Shown: positions 37,577 to 48,249 of the stretch, piece by piece
Position numbering within the stretch: position 1 is the first letter of the stretch
Layout: the number at the start of each line of letters is the position of its first letter
DNA from: Gammaproteobacteria bacterium
Lineage (GTDB): Bacteria > Pseudomonadota > Gammaproteobacteria > UBA4575
DNA length: 64,000 bases
Direction: 5' to 3'
Assembly: GCA_965221955.1 (NCBI GenBank)
Contig: CBDCTA010000022.1
Coordinates: 373,734-437,733, forward strand
Made by a program: the position numbers and the translations under genes
Notes under the pieces: generated by a model
The model's database searches: none
Seen by the model: the letters and a program-made list of their open reading frames with translations, nothing else
Told to the model about the DNA's origin: nothing

Positions 37577-39172
37577 CTAATCTTTATTGCTAATTTCGCT
37601 CTTTTTTATACGATTTTTGATGGTCGATGAAAGTTGTTCGATATTAATTTCTTTTTCAGTATTTACAACGAGAAGCTGGGACTTTTCTTGTTTCTCGAAA
37701 GGGCGATGCCGCTCAATTTGATAATGTAATACTTTTAAATCTGCTTCGGAGGGTTCGAGTTTATTCTTAGCTCTTAAAGTGATGCGATTCTTTAAAGTAT
37801 TTTCAGAAGCCTGAAAATCTAAAATTATAAACGTTACCTTCAGTTCTTTTGCAATTGCAAAAAAATCCTGTCTCGATTGATGATGTAAAAAACATGCATC
37901 TACGATAACGGTGAATCCTGCACTTATGATATGTTTTGCCAGCTCAGCAAGTCTCGCATAAGTTTGCTTGGAAGACTGTGACGAATAAATTCCAGTATTT
38001 ATATTTGACTGTGTTTTCGCGGATGATGCATATCCATGCAGTCTTTTTCGTTCTACATCCGAACGAATTCGTATTGCGCCTAATGCTTCTAACAACGGCT
38101 CAGTATGAGTAGATTTTCCAGACCCCGAAAATCCATGTGTAATGATCAATGCAATTTTTTTAGTTGAGATATATTCAGATGCTAGCCCTAAATAAGAATT
38201 AAAATCTTGTTGTGTTGTTTTTTTCTTAGTAGCTGAGAGATTTTTTTGGGCTAAGCGTAGCAATGAGACTTTAGCTCTTACCATGGCTCGGTATACTAAA
38301 TAATACTTTAATATGGCTAATCCTTGATAATCGCCTGTTAGTTGTAAGTATAAATTTATTAATCGATTTGCATATTCAGGGTAGCCACGATCATTTAAAT
38401 CCATCGTAGTAAAAGCAATTTCGCTAATTACATCAATCCAACGCAGATGCTCATTAAAATCAATGCCATCAAAAATAGTAACTTTGTCTTCGATTAATAC
38501 CATATTGCCAAGATGCATATCACCATGACATTCTCGAATAAAGTTATTTTTTCTTCTATATAGAAACTCATCATATTTATTCAGATATTCAACTTCACTC
38601 CATTTTCTAATTTTTTCTAGTTCCGCAGTATTTTTATTATCAACAAGGTTGTTTTTTATTTGTGAAAAGTTGTCTATTATCCAGTGATGAATATCTTCTG
38701 GAGTACCGAGTTTAGCTTTAACAACTTCATCAGAAATTCGTAAGTGAAAATTTGCAATCTCGTTTGCCATCTCGTCGATATGTTTTAGCAATAATTGCCT
38801 ATGTACAGCCAAATTACTTAACAGATAGGCTTGAGGAAACTGCAACATCTTGACAGCATATTCAATTACACTTCCATCCTTGCTAAATGATGGCTGATCA
38901 ATACTTCCAGTTATAGCTACAACTTCTAGATAAAGATTAGGGGCTAATCGCCTATTTAAACGCAACTCTTCTTCGCAAAATAATTTACGTTTATCCAGCG
39001 TTGAAAAATCAACAAAACTGTATTGAATTGGTTTTTTAATCTTGTATGCATACTGACCAGTAAGCACGACCCAAGATATGTGTGTTTCTATGACTTCTAT
39101 TTTGTTAACAGAATGTCCATATATATGAGGATTCTGAAGAGCATCGATTAACAGGTTTGAATTAATATTCAC
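37577..39172 (-). CDS. APH-like kinase plus AAA_33 P-loop fusion (Rv2004c-like)
   Basis: ETHISWV, YKIKKP, ELRLNRRLAP, RECHGDMHLGN, DGIDFN, GFSGSGKST and RSDVERK. Confidence 0.88.
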   Translation of the reverse strand: MNINSNLLIDALQNPHIYGHSVNKIEVIETHISWVVLTGQYAYKIKKPIQYSFVDFSTLDKRKLFCEEELRLNRRLAPNLYLEVVAITGSIDQPSFSKDGSVIEYAVKMLQFPQAYLLSNLAVHRQLLLKHIDEMANEIANFHLRISDEVVKAKLGTPEDIHHWIIDNFSQIKNNLVDNKNTAELEKIRKWSEVEYLNKYDEFLYRRKNNFIRECHGDMHLGNMVLIEDKVTIFDGIDFNEHLRWIDVISEIAFTTMDLNDRGYPEYANRLINLYLQLTGDYQGLAILKYYLVYRAMVRAKVSLLRLAQKNLSATKKKTTQQDFNSYLGLASEYISTKKIALIITHGFSGSGKSTHTEPLLEALGAIRIRSDVERKRLHGYASSAKTQSNINTGIYSSQSSKQTYARLAELAKHIISAGFTVIVDACFLHHQSRQDFFAIAKELKVTFIILDFQASENTLKNRITLRAKNKLEPSEADLKVLHYQIERHRPFEKQEKSQLLVVNTEKEINIEQLSSTIKNRIKKSEISNKD

Positions 39173-39189
39173 AATAGTTTCATTAATAC

Positions 39190-41928
39190 TTATTCATTCA
39201 ACAAGCATTCTTTTTTGGTCAGTAATTTATAAATTTCCATAACCACGAATATTGTTAAAGCAATACATAATAAATAAAACCATTGTTTTAAAGCGACTGG
39301 TTGAATATGTAATACATCATTAAGACCTGGTATATACATTGCAAAGATATGAACCAATTGTGCGGTTACAGTTCCAAAAAGTAATAATGGATTACCCAAT
39401 GGGTTAAGCTGGAATACAGAACGCGTTTCAGAGCGACTATTAAAAACATGGATGTTTAAGAATAAAACCATTAACAATAGAGTGAAGTTACGTGCCTCAT
39501 CAATTGAGTAGCCTGCATTTATAGAATAACGAAATATTAGAAATGAAAGACCGCCAATTACGAGCGCTGAAATAAATACCCTTTCAAGCATAATTTTATT
39601 AAATATTTTTTCATCAGGTGGACGAGGAGGCTGGCCAAGCTCATCACCTTCTTCGGGTTCAAAAGCGAGTGCCATATCCTGAATACCATTCGTTACTAAG
39701 TTAAGCCACAGTAATTGCACGGCAAATAATGGAACAGGTAATCCTGTGAATAGCGCTAATGCAACGAGTACAATTTCAGCTGCGCCTGCCGATATTAAAA
39801 GAAATATCACTTTACGTATGTTTGCGTAAGCGATTCTTCCTTCTTCTATTCCAGCTACTATTGATGCAAAATTATCATCAGTAATAATCATATCTGATGT
39901 CTCTTTTACAATGTCACTCCCTTGTTTGCCCATTGCAACACCTACGTGTGCGGCACGTAGTGCTGGTGCGTCATTCGCACCATCTCCAGTAACAGCAACA
40001 TAGTGACCATTTTGTTGCATGGAACGTACGATATCTAATTTCTGTTTTGGCTCTACTCTTGCAAAGACATGTGCATGCTTGACTAATTCTTGTTGATCAC
40101 GTTTAGATTGATGGGCAATTCTTTTTAGTTCTTCACCAGTTACAACTTGGCTGGGATTGCTTGCTAAATTAAGTTCATGAGAAATTGCATAAGCAGTCTG
40201 AGGGTGGTCACCCGTAATCATGGTTACTTCAATTCCGGCTTTACGGCAGGCGTGAATGGCACCCTTAGCTTCGGCTCGTAGAGGATCAATCATTGCCACA
40301 AGTGCTAAAAAAGTAAGGTCCTTTAAATGACTAGGCAATATTCTTTTTTCACTACCCATTTCAATTTTGCCTGAAGCAATGGCTAATAATCTAAATCCAG
40401 ATTTTGCTAAATGAGTAGCTTGTTGCTCATACCATGCTTGGTCAAATACTACATCACCATCTACAGTATTCATGTGTGAGCACATTTGAGATAAATCTTC
40501 AAAAGCACCTTTTACAAATACAGTAGGTGTACTTTCTACAAGGTGGGCTGCAGCGGAATATCGATTCTCAGATTCATAAGGTAAGACAGCGATTTCGGGA
40601 TAATCTTGCAATGCTTTAACTCGTGTCACTCCAAGTTTGAATGCCATTACTAGCATAGCAATATCTACGGTATCACCATGATAAACCCAGTCATGGTTTT
40701 TCCTACCTAAAAAACCTTCATTTACTAAAACTGACGCAATGGCTAGGCTGGATAATAGTGTTTGTTGTTTATTTGTGCAGTCACTTCCATCTAAACAAAC
40801 TGCATTCCCAAAAAGATCAGTGCCTTCTCCCGTTAAAGCAATTGGTAACTCATGAGGTAATATAATTTGAGCAGCTGTAATTTTGTTTACCGTCAGCGTT
40901 CCAGTTTTATCAGCAGCAATCATCGTACAAGAACCCAATGCCTCAACTGCCAATAAACGTCTTACTATTACGTTACGTTTTGCCATCCGCCTAACTCCAA
41001 TTGCCAAAGCGACTGTTAAGGCAACCGGTAAACCTTCTGGAATTGCAGCTACGGCCAGTGCAACTACAACAAAAAATATCTCGCGCATTGCATGGCCTTG
41101 TAACAACATTGCTGCACCCATAAAAACTGTTGCAAAGCCAATCACTATTGCAATCTTAATAGTGAACTGCTGCATGCGCGTAACAAGTGGAGGCTTAATG
41201 GCTTGGTCGTATATGACTGCTTCTGCAATATGTCCTAATTGAGTATTTGAACCCGTTGCGATGACAATACCTTCTGCACGCCCTTTTAGAACTAAAGTGC
41301 CTTTGAAAGTCATATTTAATTGATCTGCTATAGCTGTGTTTTCCCTTAAGATTAATGCAGATTTTTTTTCTACCGGCGTAGATTCTCCTGTTAATAATGA
41401 TTCATCAATTTGTAAATCATGTTCATTCAGCAGCCTTATATCTGCCGGAACTTTATCTCCCGACTGTAGTAAAACTAAATCTCCTGGCACAAGTTGATCA
41501 GCATTGATTTCAAGTGCTTCACCTGCACGGATAACATGTGCAAATTCAGTAATAAATTCTCGTAAACTTATTGCACTGCGTTCGGCACCATATTCTTGCG
41601 CCGTGCCAATTACTGCATTAATTAATAGAATTGCAAAAATAAAAACGGTATCACTTAATTCGCCAAGTAATAAGGAAATTGCTGCAGCAGCGAGTAATAT
41701 ATAAATAAATGGATCTAAAAATTGCCGAAAAAATATAAGAATAAGGTTGATATTTGAAGTCTGAGGTAGCGTATTTAATCCATATTCAGCTAGACGAGAG
41801 CTTGCCTCATCTTGCTTTATACCTTCATGTGAAGAGCTATACTCTCTTAACACTTCTTCTGTGCTAAGTGAGCATGGCTGCTTATTGGCATTTTGATTAT
41901 CGAATTGATTGGGCGGTGAGGAATTCAC
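39190..41928 (-). CDS. Cation-transporting P-type ATPase (type II, CtpF-like)
   Basis: LTGES, PEGLP, DKTGTLT, KGA, MITGD, TGDGANDAPAL and QLLWLNLVTN. Confidence 0.94.
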   Translation of the reverse strand: MNSSPPNQFDNQNANKQPCSLSTEEVLREYSSSHEGIKQDEASSRLAEYGLNTLPQTSNINLILIFFRQFLDPFIYILLAAAAISLLLGELSDTVFIFAILLINAVIGTAQEYGAERSAISLREFITEFAHVIRAGEALEINADQLVPGDLVLLQSGDKVPADIRLLNEHDLQIDESLLTGESTPVEKKSALILRENTAIADQLNMTFKGTLVLKGRAEGIVIATGSNTQLGHIAEAVIYDQAIKPPLVTRMQQFTIKIAIVIGFATVFMGAAMLLQGHAMREIFFVVVALAVAAIPEGLPVALTVALAIGVRRMAKRNVIVRRLLAVEALGSCTMIAADKTGTLTVNKITAAQIILPHELPIALTGEGTDLFGNAVCLDGSDCTNKQQTLLSSLAIASVLVNEGFLGRKNHDWVYHGDTVDIAMLVMAFKLGVTRVKALQDYPEIAVLPYESENRYSAAAHLVESTPTVFVKGAFEDLSQMCSHMNTVDGDVVFDQAWYEQQATHLAKSGFRLLAIASGKIEMGSEKRILPSHLKDLTFLALVAMIDPLRAEAKGAIHACRKAGIEVTMITGDHPQTAYAISHELNLASNPSQVVTGEELKRIAHQSKRDQQELVKHAHVFARVEPKQKLDIVRSMQQNGHYVAVTGDGANDAPALRAAHVGVAMGKQGSDIVKETSDMIITDDNFASIVAGIEEGRIAYANIRKVIFLLISAGAAEIVLVALALFTGLPVPLFAVQLLWLNLVTNGIQDMALAFEPEEGDELGQPPRPPDEKIFNKIMLERVFISALVIGGLSFLIFRYSINAGYSIDEARNFTLLLMVLFLNIHVFNSRSETRSVFQLNPLGNPLLLFGTVTAQLVHIFAMYIPGLNDVLHIQPVALKQWFYLLCIALTIFVVMEIYKLLTKKECLLNE

Positions 41929-42060
41929 ATTTATTTATTAGTAGTTTAGCTATATCAAACTCGCGTTTATTTTTGTTGCCTAAACAGCACATTCCTGATT
42001 AAAGGAGTTAATGGATAAACATCAGTTGAATAAAGATAACTGCTGATTCCTAAACATATG

Positions 42061-42074
42061 TTGAGTTAAATCAA
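42061..42074. promoter_or_regulatory. FNR box (1 mismatch) upstream of the GNAT gene
   Basis: TTGAGTTAAATCAA, followed by TACTCCAT exactly as after the hsp20 box. Confidence 0.75.
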
Positions 42075-42145
42075 TACTCCATGGGCAGATTTATCGACAA
42101 TTAGGCTATTAATGGGTTAGTCCTATAGTCATGGGAGGCTTAGCT

Positions 42146-42667
42146 ATGCAAACTGCTACAAAACTTCAGCATGTAGAAGAGATTGATGGCCAACAGGTCA
42201 TCATTCGTCCCGTAACGCTTGATGATGCTGAAATGGAGCGAGACTTTATAGAAGAGTTATCGCCTTTGAGTAAACACTATCGATTTCTAGGCGGTGTGGC
42301 ACATTTAACCCCCGATGAACTCGTAGATTTATGTGATACAGATTTTGAGAATAAAATGGCGTTTATGGCAATCGTTCATGATAAGGGAGTCGAGAAACAA
42401 ATTGGTGTAAGTCGCTATGCGGTCAATCAATATGGAGATGCCTACGAATGTTCTGTTGCAGTTGCCGACCAATGGCAGGGTAAAGGACTAGGCGCAATGT
42501 TAATGAAATATTTGATTGACTATGCGCGTGAGAATGGTGTTCAACGTTTGTATTCAATCGATTTTGCTGAAAATCACAAAATGAAGTCTTTAGCAAAAGA
42601 CTTAGGTATGCATGTAGAACCCGATCCAAATGACTCTAAGCAAGTAATATATAGTTTATATATTTGA
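42146..42667 (+). CDS. GNAT acetyltransferase (stand-alone Pat-type GNAT domain)
   Basis: Start set to ATG 42146 (GGAGG RBS). IRPV..DD, LSPLSKHYRF, VADQWQGKGLG and ENHKM motifs. Confidence 0.85.
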   Translation: MQTATKLQHVEEIDGQQVIIRPVTLDDAEMERDFIEELSPLSKHYRFLGGVAHLTPDELVDLCDTDFENKMAFMAIVHDKGVEKQIGVSRYAVNQYGDAYECSVAVADQWQGKGLGAMLMKYLIDYARENGVQRLYSIDFAENHKMKSLAKDLGMHVEPDPNDSKQVIYSLYI

Positions 42668-42686
42668 TATTTTTGGATTAAACGCA

Positions 42687-42974
42687 ATGAATAATAGTGT
42701 AGAAGTAAGTAATAATATTAAATCGAAAAGCATATGGATGCGGCTAGTATTTATGCTCATCGTCGCAGTACTTTATTCGATTTCTAGAATTGTTGTAACT
42801 GCAGTGGTGGTGTTTCAGTTTTTCTGGGTACTATTTACTGGTGAAAAGAATGAAAAGTTACAAAACTTAGGTGAATCTCTTGCGGACTATACTTATCAAA
42901 TAGTTTTATATTTAACTTTTAATACTGAAGATCGCCCATTTCCGTTTGACCTTGAGTGGCCAATAAAAAAATAG
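42687..42974 (+). CDS. DUF4389-family membrane protein
   Basis: WMRLVFML...QFFWVLFTGEKNEKL...YLTFNTEDRPFPF. Confidence 0.8.
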   Translation: MNNSVEVSNNIKSKSIWMRLVFMLIVAVLYSISRIVVTAVVVFQFFWVLFTGEKNEKLQNLGESLADYTYQIVLYLTFNTEDRPFPFDLEWPIKK

Positions 42975-43127
42975 ACTTTTACACTAATACTGGGTTTTAA
43001 GAAATCAGTGTTTACTAAATACTTGTGCGCAAACTGTTAAAGGAAATTGATCTTAGTCATTCTAAACACATTCTCTTATTATTGAATTTCACCCAAACTC
43101 AAATTTCTCCTAATAAATAACTCCTTC

Positions 43128-43141
43128 TTGCTCTAGATCAA
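43128..43141. promoter_or_regulatory. FNR box (1 mismatch); second weaker site at 43047-43060
   Basis: TTGCTCTAGATCAA and TTGATCTTAGTCAT. Confidence 0.6.
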
Positions 43142-43206
43142 AAGTTTTCAAACCATTCTTTGGTTTCCTATTGAGTCTTAGTAGAGGCTATATTAAGGGG
43201 TAATTT

Positions 43207-44379
43207 ATGCATAACCGAGTATTAATCTTTTTCGATTCAATAATACTGATCATGCTAACAACGATATTTTCTACAGGACTTGCCACAGATGTGCAACAAG
43301 ACATTAAAGCAGTGGGAGCAAAAATTAGAGTCATCTCTGAAAATGCCAATAACATTTATGCAGCGGGAGCAAATGTTTCCATTGAAGGTAAAGTTAATGA
43401 GGATATATGGGTTGCGGGTGCGATTGTAGATATTGAAGTTGATACTGATGGTGATCTACACGCCGCTGGGGCACGCGTGAACCTTAATGGCACAGTTAAT
43501 GGAACTGCGCGAATCGCAGGAGCAGATTTAAAAATTGATGCAGTTATTGAAGAATCACTTAATGCCGCTGCTGCATCCATTGTGATTTCAGAAAATACGA
43601 AGCTTGATGATGAATCCTCATTAGCGGCTGCATTAATAGAATTTCATGGAACTGCACATGACGATCTAAAACTATATGCAGATGAAGTTGTATTTTCAGG
43701 ACATGCAAATAATTCAATTACTATTGAAGCAAGAAATGTACGACTAGAAGAAACGGCACGAATTGAAGGTGATTTAATTATTCGCTCCAGTGAAGAACCC
43801 GTTATCTCTTCAAGTGCAGCTGTTGCTGGAAAAGTAACTCAAACAGGTCTCGAAGATTCAGAGTTTTTTAAAGATAAAGAGGATGAGTTTGATGGCCGTG
43901 GATTTTTCATACTTCTTTCAACCAGTATATTTTTGCTCGGTTTAATACTCGTCTTATTTACTCGCAGTTTTACCGAACAAGCTATTACTACTTTACGATT
44001 AAAGCCAGGCCGTAGCTTTCTCTCGGGTCTGCTTGTGTTTTTTGGCGTGCCGTTTTTTGTATTTATTGCAATGATTAGTTTTATTGGAATTCCAATAGGT
44101 GTTGCTACACTTTTATTACTACCGTTTTTACTTATTCTTGGTCTTACAACCACAAGTCTTGGTATTTCAGACTGGTTGTTAAATAAGAAAAATGAAGCTA
44201 AAAAAACAGGTCAACGGCTTCTTTTGCTACTTGTGGGTGTAATCCTACTTATCGTTATAGGCGTCATTCCATTTATAGGCGGTTTGCTAATTTTCATAGC
44301 TTTGTTACTAGGGCTTGGCGCCACAGCCGTTACCTTTATTTCTCGTTTGAGCGACAAATCCAAAGAAGCAATAGCTTAA
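43207..44379 (+). CDS. Secreted beta-helix (bactofilin/polymer-forming-like) repeat domain plus C-terminal multi-TM protein
   Basis: Signal peptide, repeated AAGA.V.I.G.V units, and about 5 C-terminal TM segments. Confidence 0.7.
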   Translation: MHNRVLIFFDSIILIMLTTIFSTGLATDVQQDIKAVGAKIRVISENANNIYAAGANVSIEGKVNEDIWVAGAIVDIEVDTDGDLHAAGARVNLNGTVNGTARIAGADLKIDAVIEESLNAAAASIVISENTKLDDESSLAAALIEFHGTAHDDLKLYADEVVFSGHANNSITIEARNVRLEETARIEGDLIIRSSEEPVISSSAAVAGKVTQTGLEDSEFFKDKEDEFDGRGFFILLSTSIFLLGLILVLFTRSFTEQAITTLRLKPGRSFLSGLLVFFGVPFFVFIAMISFIGIPIGVATLLLLPFLLILGLTTTSLGISDWLLNKKNEAKKTGQRLLLLLVGVILLIVIGVIPFIGGLLIFIALLLGLGATAVTFISRLSDKSKEAIA

Positions 44380-44456
44380 AAAGTCTTCCCTATTAATCTT
44401 AAGATTTAAGATGTTGCTTTTGAAATGTGAAAGTTAATATCGATTTGAGTTCTATA

Positions 44457-44873
44457 TTACTCTACTTGAATGCATTTTAAGTACTCTATTAGGTTGCTGA
44501 TTCGTTCATCTACAACATCTTCGTCAGTCTCAATGTCTTTAAAGTGCTGACCCCAAATTGGCATTTCTTGTCCATGGTAATCACCTACTCTACGACCATC
44601 AATAATGTTATATACAGCTGTTTCGGGAAATGATCCTCCATTTTCTTTGCTAAGAATAGTGAGATCACTTGGTGTTGCTGAGAGTTGTTTTGCTTTAGGC
44701 CCTGCACCTTTGCCATCATCTCCGTGGCAGCTTGCGCAATTGTTCATATACTCTTTGGCGCCGATAATTTGCTCAATCTCGGCATCCGCATGAAGATTAG
44801 AATGCGCAATGGATACTACAGAAATTACAACAATTGCTGCGCTTTTATATAAATTAGTATTCATACATTTCAT
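44457..44873 (-). CDS. Periplasmic monoheme cytochrome c (paralog 4 of 6)
   Basis: Signal peptide, CASCH, PSDLTIL, GSFP, IDGR and HGQEMPIWG. Confidence 0.88.
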   Translation of the reverse strand: MKCMNTNLYKSAAIVVISVVSIAHSNLHADAEIEQIIGAKEYMNNCASCHGDDGKGAGPKAKQLSATPSDLTILSKENGGSFPETAVYNIIDGRRVGDYHGQEMPIWGQHFKDIETDEDVVDERISNLIEYLKCIQVE

Positions 44874-45307
44874 TGCACTTGAATCTCTTCTAAATACAAA
44901 AGCAGCTCAAAGATGCGGCCGCGAACAAAGGTCCTTGTGAAACGTTCATCTACATACAACAGGCTTTCATGATCAAAGCGATCACCCCAGATTGGCATAG
45001 ACTTAGGGCCGTGGACTTTTATATCGTCTCTTCCTTCAACTGTTCTATAGATTTTTCTGGTTGGGAAAATGCCATTATTTTCTTTTTGTAGTAAAGATAG
45101 ATTAGTAGGCTTGACGATAAGTTTGGGTGCATAGATGCCATTACCTTTACCATTATCACCATGACACAATGCGCACGAACGCATGTATTCAGATTTGCCT
45201 GCGTCGATTGCCTCTTGCAGTTCTTGTCCCACAGCAATTGTTGAAGTTCCAATAAAAATTATCAGAAGACATATAAGCCCTCGAAAAATGCTAAGCAGCA
45301 TACTCAT
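44870..45307 (-). CDS. Periplasmic monoheme cytochrome c (paralog 5 of 6)
   Basis: Signal peptide, CALCH, PTNLSLL, GIFP, HGPKSMPIWG and RGRIFEL. Confidence 0.88.
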   Translation of the reverse strand: MSMLLSIFRGLICLLIIFIGTSTIAVGQELQEAIDAGKSEYMRSCALCHGDNGKGNGIYAPKLIVKPTNLSLLQKENNGIFPTRKIYRTVEGRDDIKVHGPKSMPIWGDRFDHESLLYVDERFTRTFVRGRIFELLLYLEEIQVQ

Positions 45308-45384
45308 TGATTTTATCTCCTGTATATTATTATCTACTGATTAAAAATATAATTATAACCCTGACACTATAATAATTGTTGATA

Positions 45385-45398
45385 TTGATCGAGAGCAA
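45385..45398. promoter_or_regulatory. FNR box (1 mismatch) upstream of cytochrome pair 5-4
   Basis: TTGATCGAGAGCAA. Confidence 0.7.
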
Positions 45399-45415
45399 GT
45401 TTCATCTAATTAAAA

Positions 45416-45811
45416 TCAGTTTCTATGCTTATTATGCTGATGACCTTTAGGTGTTTCTGAATATTCCTGTGAAACGAAAAATGGTGCAGCTGCTAGAGCT
45501 AATATCGCAATTAGTCCAATCAATCCGAGAATTAAACGAGAACTACTAGACTCTTTGGCTCTGCCCTGAAACACTTTTTGAATAAATTTCCAATGTAATA
45601 TTAAATGTGTAGCTAATACAGTTAAAAATATAAAAGTTATATAAAAGTGTATTTCACCCCATTCATGTCGCGACATTCCAAATATTTCAATATATCTTCC
45701 ACTTCCATGTGGTAGTACGTATCGCATTAATACACCTGTAGAAACCACAAACACAAAGCTAATAAAAGCGAGTATATCTATAAACATTACTACTTTTGCT
45801 TTATTAATCAT
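45416..45811 (-). CDS. DUF4405-family membrane protein (possible heme b binder)
   Basis: STGVL...RHEWGEIH...HLILHW with three TM helices. Confidence 0.8.
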   Translation of the reverse strand: MINKAKVVMFIDILAFISFVFVVSTGVLMRYVLPHGSGRYIEIFGMSRHEWGEIHFYITFIFLTVLATHLILHWKFIQKVFQGRAKESSSSRLILGLIGLIAILALAAAPFFVSQEYSETPKGHQHNKHRN

Positions 45812-45869
45812 TGGAAGTTTTTTCCTTTCTTAATACTTAAGATGCTGTATTAATGAGGCATAAAAAAAT

Positions 45870-47267
45870 TTATAGATCATATGATTGATGAATTTTAGGC
45901 ATTTTAACCTTTGTATTATGTAACTCTTGTGCAAAGGCCTGCATGCTCTCTTTTTCACCATGCACTAAGAAGGTTGTTTTTGGGTTACCTGTTTTTGCAT
46001 GCCAAGCTAATAATTCAGCTTGATCTGCATGTGCAGAAAATCCACCTATAGTATGAATATTTGCATGCACTGGTATTTCTTCACCAAAAATACGCACGCT
46101 TTTTGCCCCATCAATTATGTTGCGCGCTAAAGTTCCATGTGCTGCATACCCAACAAAGATCACACTACACTCTTTACGCCAAAGATTATATTTTAAATGA
46201 TGACGAACTCGACCACCGGTACACATTCCCGAACCCGCCATAATAATTGCGCCACCTGAGATCTGGTTTATCGCTATAGACTCTGCTGTTTCTCTAGCAA
46301 AGTGAAGACCAGGTGGACTAAAGACATCATTACTTTCATGTGAAACTTGTAAAGTCTCTGCATCAAAGCATTCAGGATGACGTTCATATATTTCGGTAGC
46401 AGAAATCGCCATGGGAGAATCAAGAAACACATTGCTAAAATGTTTCAAGTAATTATTTTTAATTCCTTCACGCAATGTATAAAGAATCTCTTGGGCACGC
46501 TCTAGTGCAAATGTAGGAATAATTACATTACCACCTCTACCAATTGTGTCATTGATCACGTCAAATAATTCATCTGTGGACGGTTGTAATTGCTTATGTA
46601 ATCGATCTCCATAGGTAGTTTCCATAACAACAGTATCTACATGTGGTGGCGGTGTGGGGTCGCGTAATATGATGCGGCCACTATAACCAAGATCACCAGA
46701 AAACAATAAACGATGATAATGATGCTCTTCTTGTAATTCTAAAAATATACTTGCCGAGCCGAGTATGTGGCCTGCATCAATAAAGGTTGCCTTTATGCCA
46801 GGCGTTAACTCAATAGGAGTGCCATAACTGGCTTTACGACCAAAACATTCTAGACAATTTAGTGCATCAAGCGTGGTATACAAAGGTTCAATTCTACTGT
46901 CTCGCGTTTTGCCACCACGGCGTCGCATTCTTCTTAATTGATAACGTGCTTCTTCTTCATGCAAGCCTGCAGAATCGAGCATAATTAGCCGTGCTAATTC
47001 AACGGATGCTGCAGTGGTGATCACTTCACCCTTAAAACCTCGTTTAACGAGTAAAGGGATTCGTCCGCAATGATCGAGATGTGCATGGGTAAGTAATAGA
47101 TAGTCGATTGATGCTGGGTCAAAACCAAAAGGTTCGGCATTTTCTTCAACAAGTTCTCTTCTGCCCTGATACATTCCACAATCCACCAGCACACGTTTAC
47201 CTGAGCACTCCAACAGATGGCAAGAACCGGTAACATTTTGGTCTGCACCATGAAAAGAGATTCTCAT
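45870..47267 (-). CDS. Metallo-beta-lactamase/beta-CASP ribonuclease (CPSF3/YSH1-like)
   Basis: VTGSC, DCG, THAHLDHCG, AGHILGS, SGDLG, ETTYG, FALERAQE, SGMCTGGR and FSAHAD. Confidence 0.92.
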   Translation of the reverse strand: MRISFHGADQNVTGSCHLLECSGKRVLVDCGMYQGRRELVEENAEPFGFDPASIDYLLLTHAHLDHCGRIPLLVKRGFKGEVITTAASVELARLIMLDSAGLHEEEARYQLRRMRRRGGKTRDSRIEPLYTTLDALNCLECFGRKASYGTPIELTPGIKATFIDAGHILGSASIFLELQEEHHYHRLLFSGDLGYSGRIILRDPTPPPHVDTVVMETTYGDRLHKQLQPSTDELFDVINDTIGRGGNVIIPTFALERAQEILYTLREGIKNNYLKHFSNVFLDSPMAISATEIYERHPECFDAETLQVSHESNDVFSPPGLHFARETAESIAINQISGGAIIMAGSGMCTGGRVRHHLKYNLWRKECSVIFVGYAAHGTLARNIIDGAKSVRIFGEEIPVHANIHTIGGFSAHADQAELLAWHAKTGNPKTTFLVHGEKESMQAFAQELHNTKVKMPKIHQSYDL

Positions 47268-47276
47268 TATTTCTCT

Positions 47277-48227
47277 CTATATAAGTGATCCACCATTACT
47301 CTCATACCAACATAACAAGCCTTCCCAAATTTCTTCCGCAGTTTCCGCATACCAAAACAGATCGCGATCCTCAATATCAATGACTCCTTCATCAAGCATG
47401 AAGTCAATATTAAATGCTTTTCGCCAATAGTCTTCACCAACTAAAATAACAGGAACAGGTTTGATTTTTCGTGTTTGAATTAAGGTTAAAGTTTCAAATA
47501 ATTCATCAAAGGTTCCATAGCCACCAGGAAATGCGACTAGAGCTTTCGCTCTCAACATGAAATGCATTTTACGTAATGCAAAATAATGAAACTGAAAACA
47601 CAATTCTGGACTTATGTAAGGATTAGGGAATTGCTCAAGCGGTAAAGTAATATTTAAGCCTACATTTTTTGCACCTACATCATGCGCACCACGATTTGTA
47701 GCTTCCATAATCCCAGGCCCACCGCCAGTCATGACAACTAAGCGTGAATCTTCAGGACCTTTTCCAGAATTTGCTACTAATTTAGAAAACTCACGGGCAA
47801 TATCATAATAGTGGCTCTTTGCTAAAATACGTTCTGCTACTAGAAGTTTTCTTTTTAACTCAACATCCTCTGGTTGCTTACTTGTAGCATCACGTAAGTA
47901 GTTAACTTTCTTGTTTGCAGAAGCTGGTTCAACAATTCGTGTACTGCCAAATACTACAATTGTATTATCCACGCCATGCTGTTTCATTAATCTTTCAGGC
48001 TTAAGGTAATCAAGCGCTAAGCGCACACCACGTGCATCATCACTTGCTAAGAAATCTATGTCTTTAATGGATGATATGTAGGATGGGCTATTAAGAATAA
48101 CTTTTAATTTTTCTTTACATTCTGGGTCTTCTTCAACGGGCTTAGGTGTTTGCCACGGTAAGGACTCTTTACGTCGAGTCGGGTCAGCTGGTTTAGGTAT
48201 TTCAGGCTTATGATCTTTGTCATTCAT
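47277..48227 (-). CDS. LOG-family nucleotide monophosphate nucleosidase (long type)
   Basis: VVFGSTR, TGGGPGIMEA, EQFPNPY, YFALRKMHF and PGGYGTFDE. Confidence 0.88.
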   Translation of the reverse strand: MNDKDHKPEIPKPADPTRRKESLPWQTPKPVEEDPECKEKLKVILNSPSYISSIKDIDFLASDDARGVRLALDYLKPERLMKQHGVDNTIVVFGSTRIVEPASANKKVNYLRDATSKQPEDVELKRKLLVAERILAKSHYYDIAREFSKLVANSGKGPEDSRLVVMTGGGPGIMEATNRGAHDVGAKNVGLNITLPLEQFPNPYISPELCFQFHYFALRKMHFMLRAKALVAFPGGYGTFDELFETLTLIQTRKIKPVPVILVGEDYWRKAFNIDFMLDEGVIDIEDRDLFWYAETAEEIWEGLLCWYESNGGSLI

Positions 48228-48249
48228 GATTTAATGTACTTTAAAATTT

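Noticed and set aside
22015-42160. FNR and the GNAT protein both begin MQTAT
   Set aside because: Only five residues with different codons. Could be chance, with no further similarity to support a shared degron or duplication.
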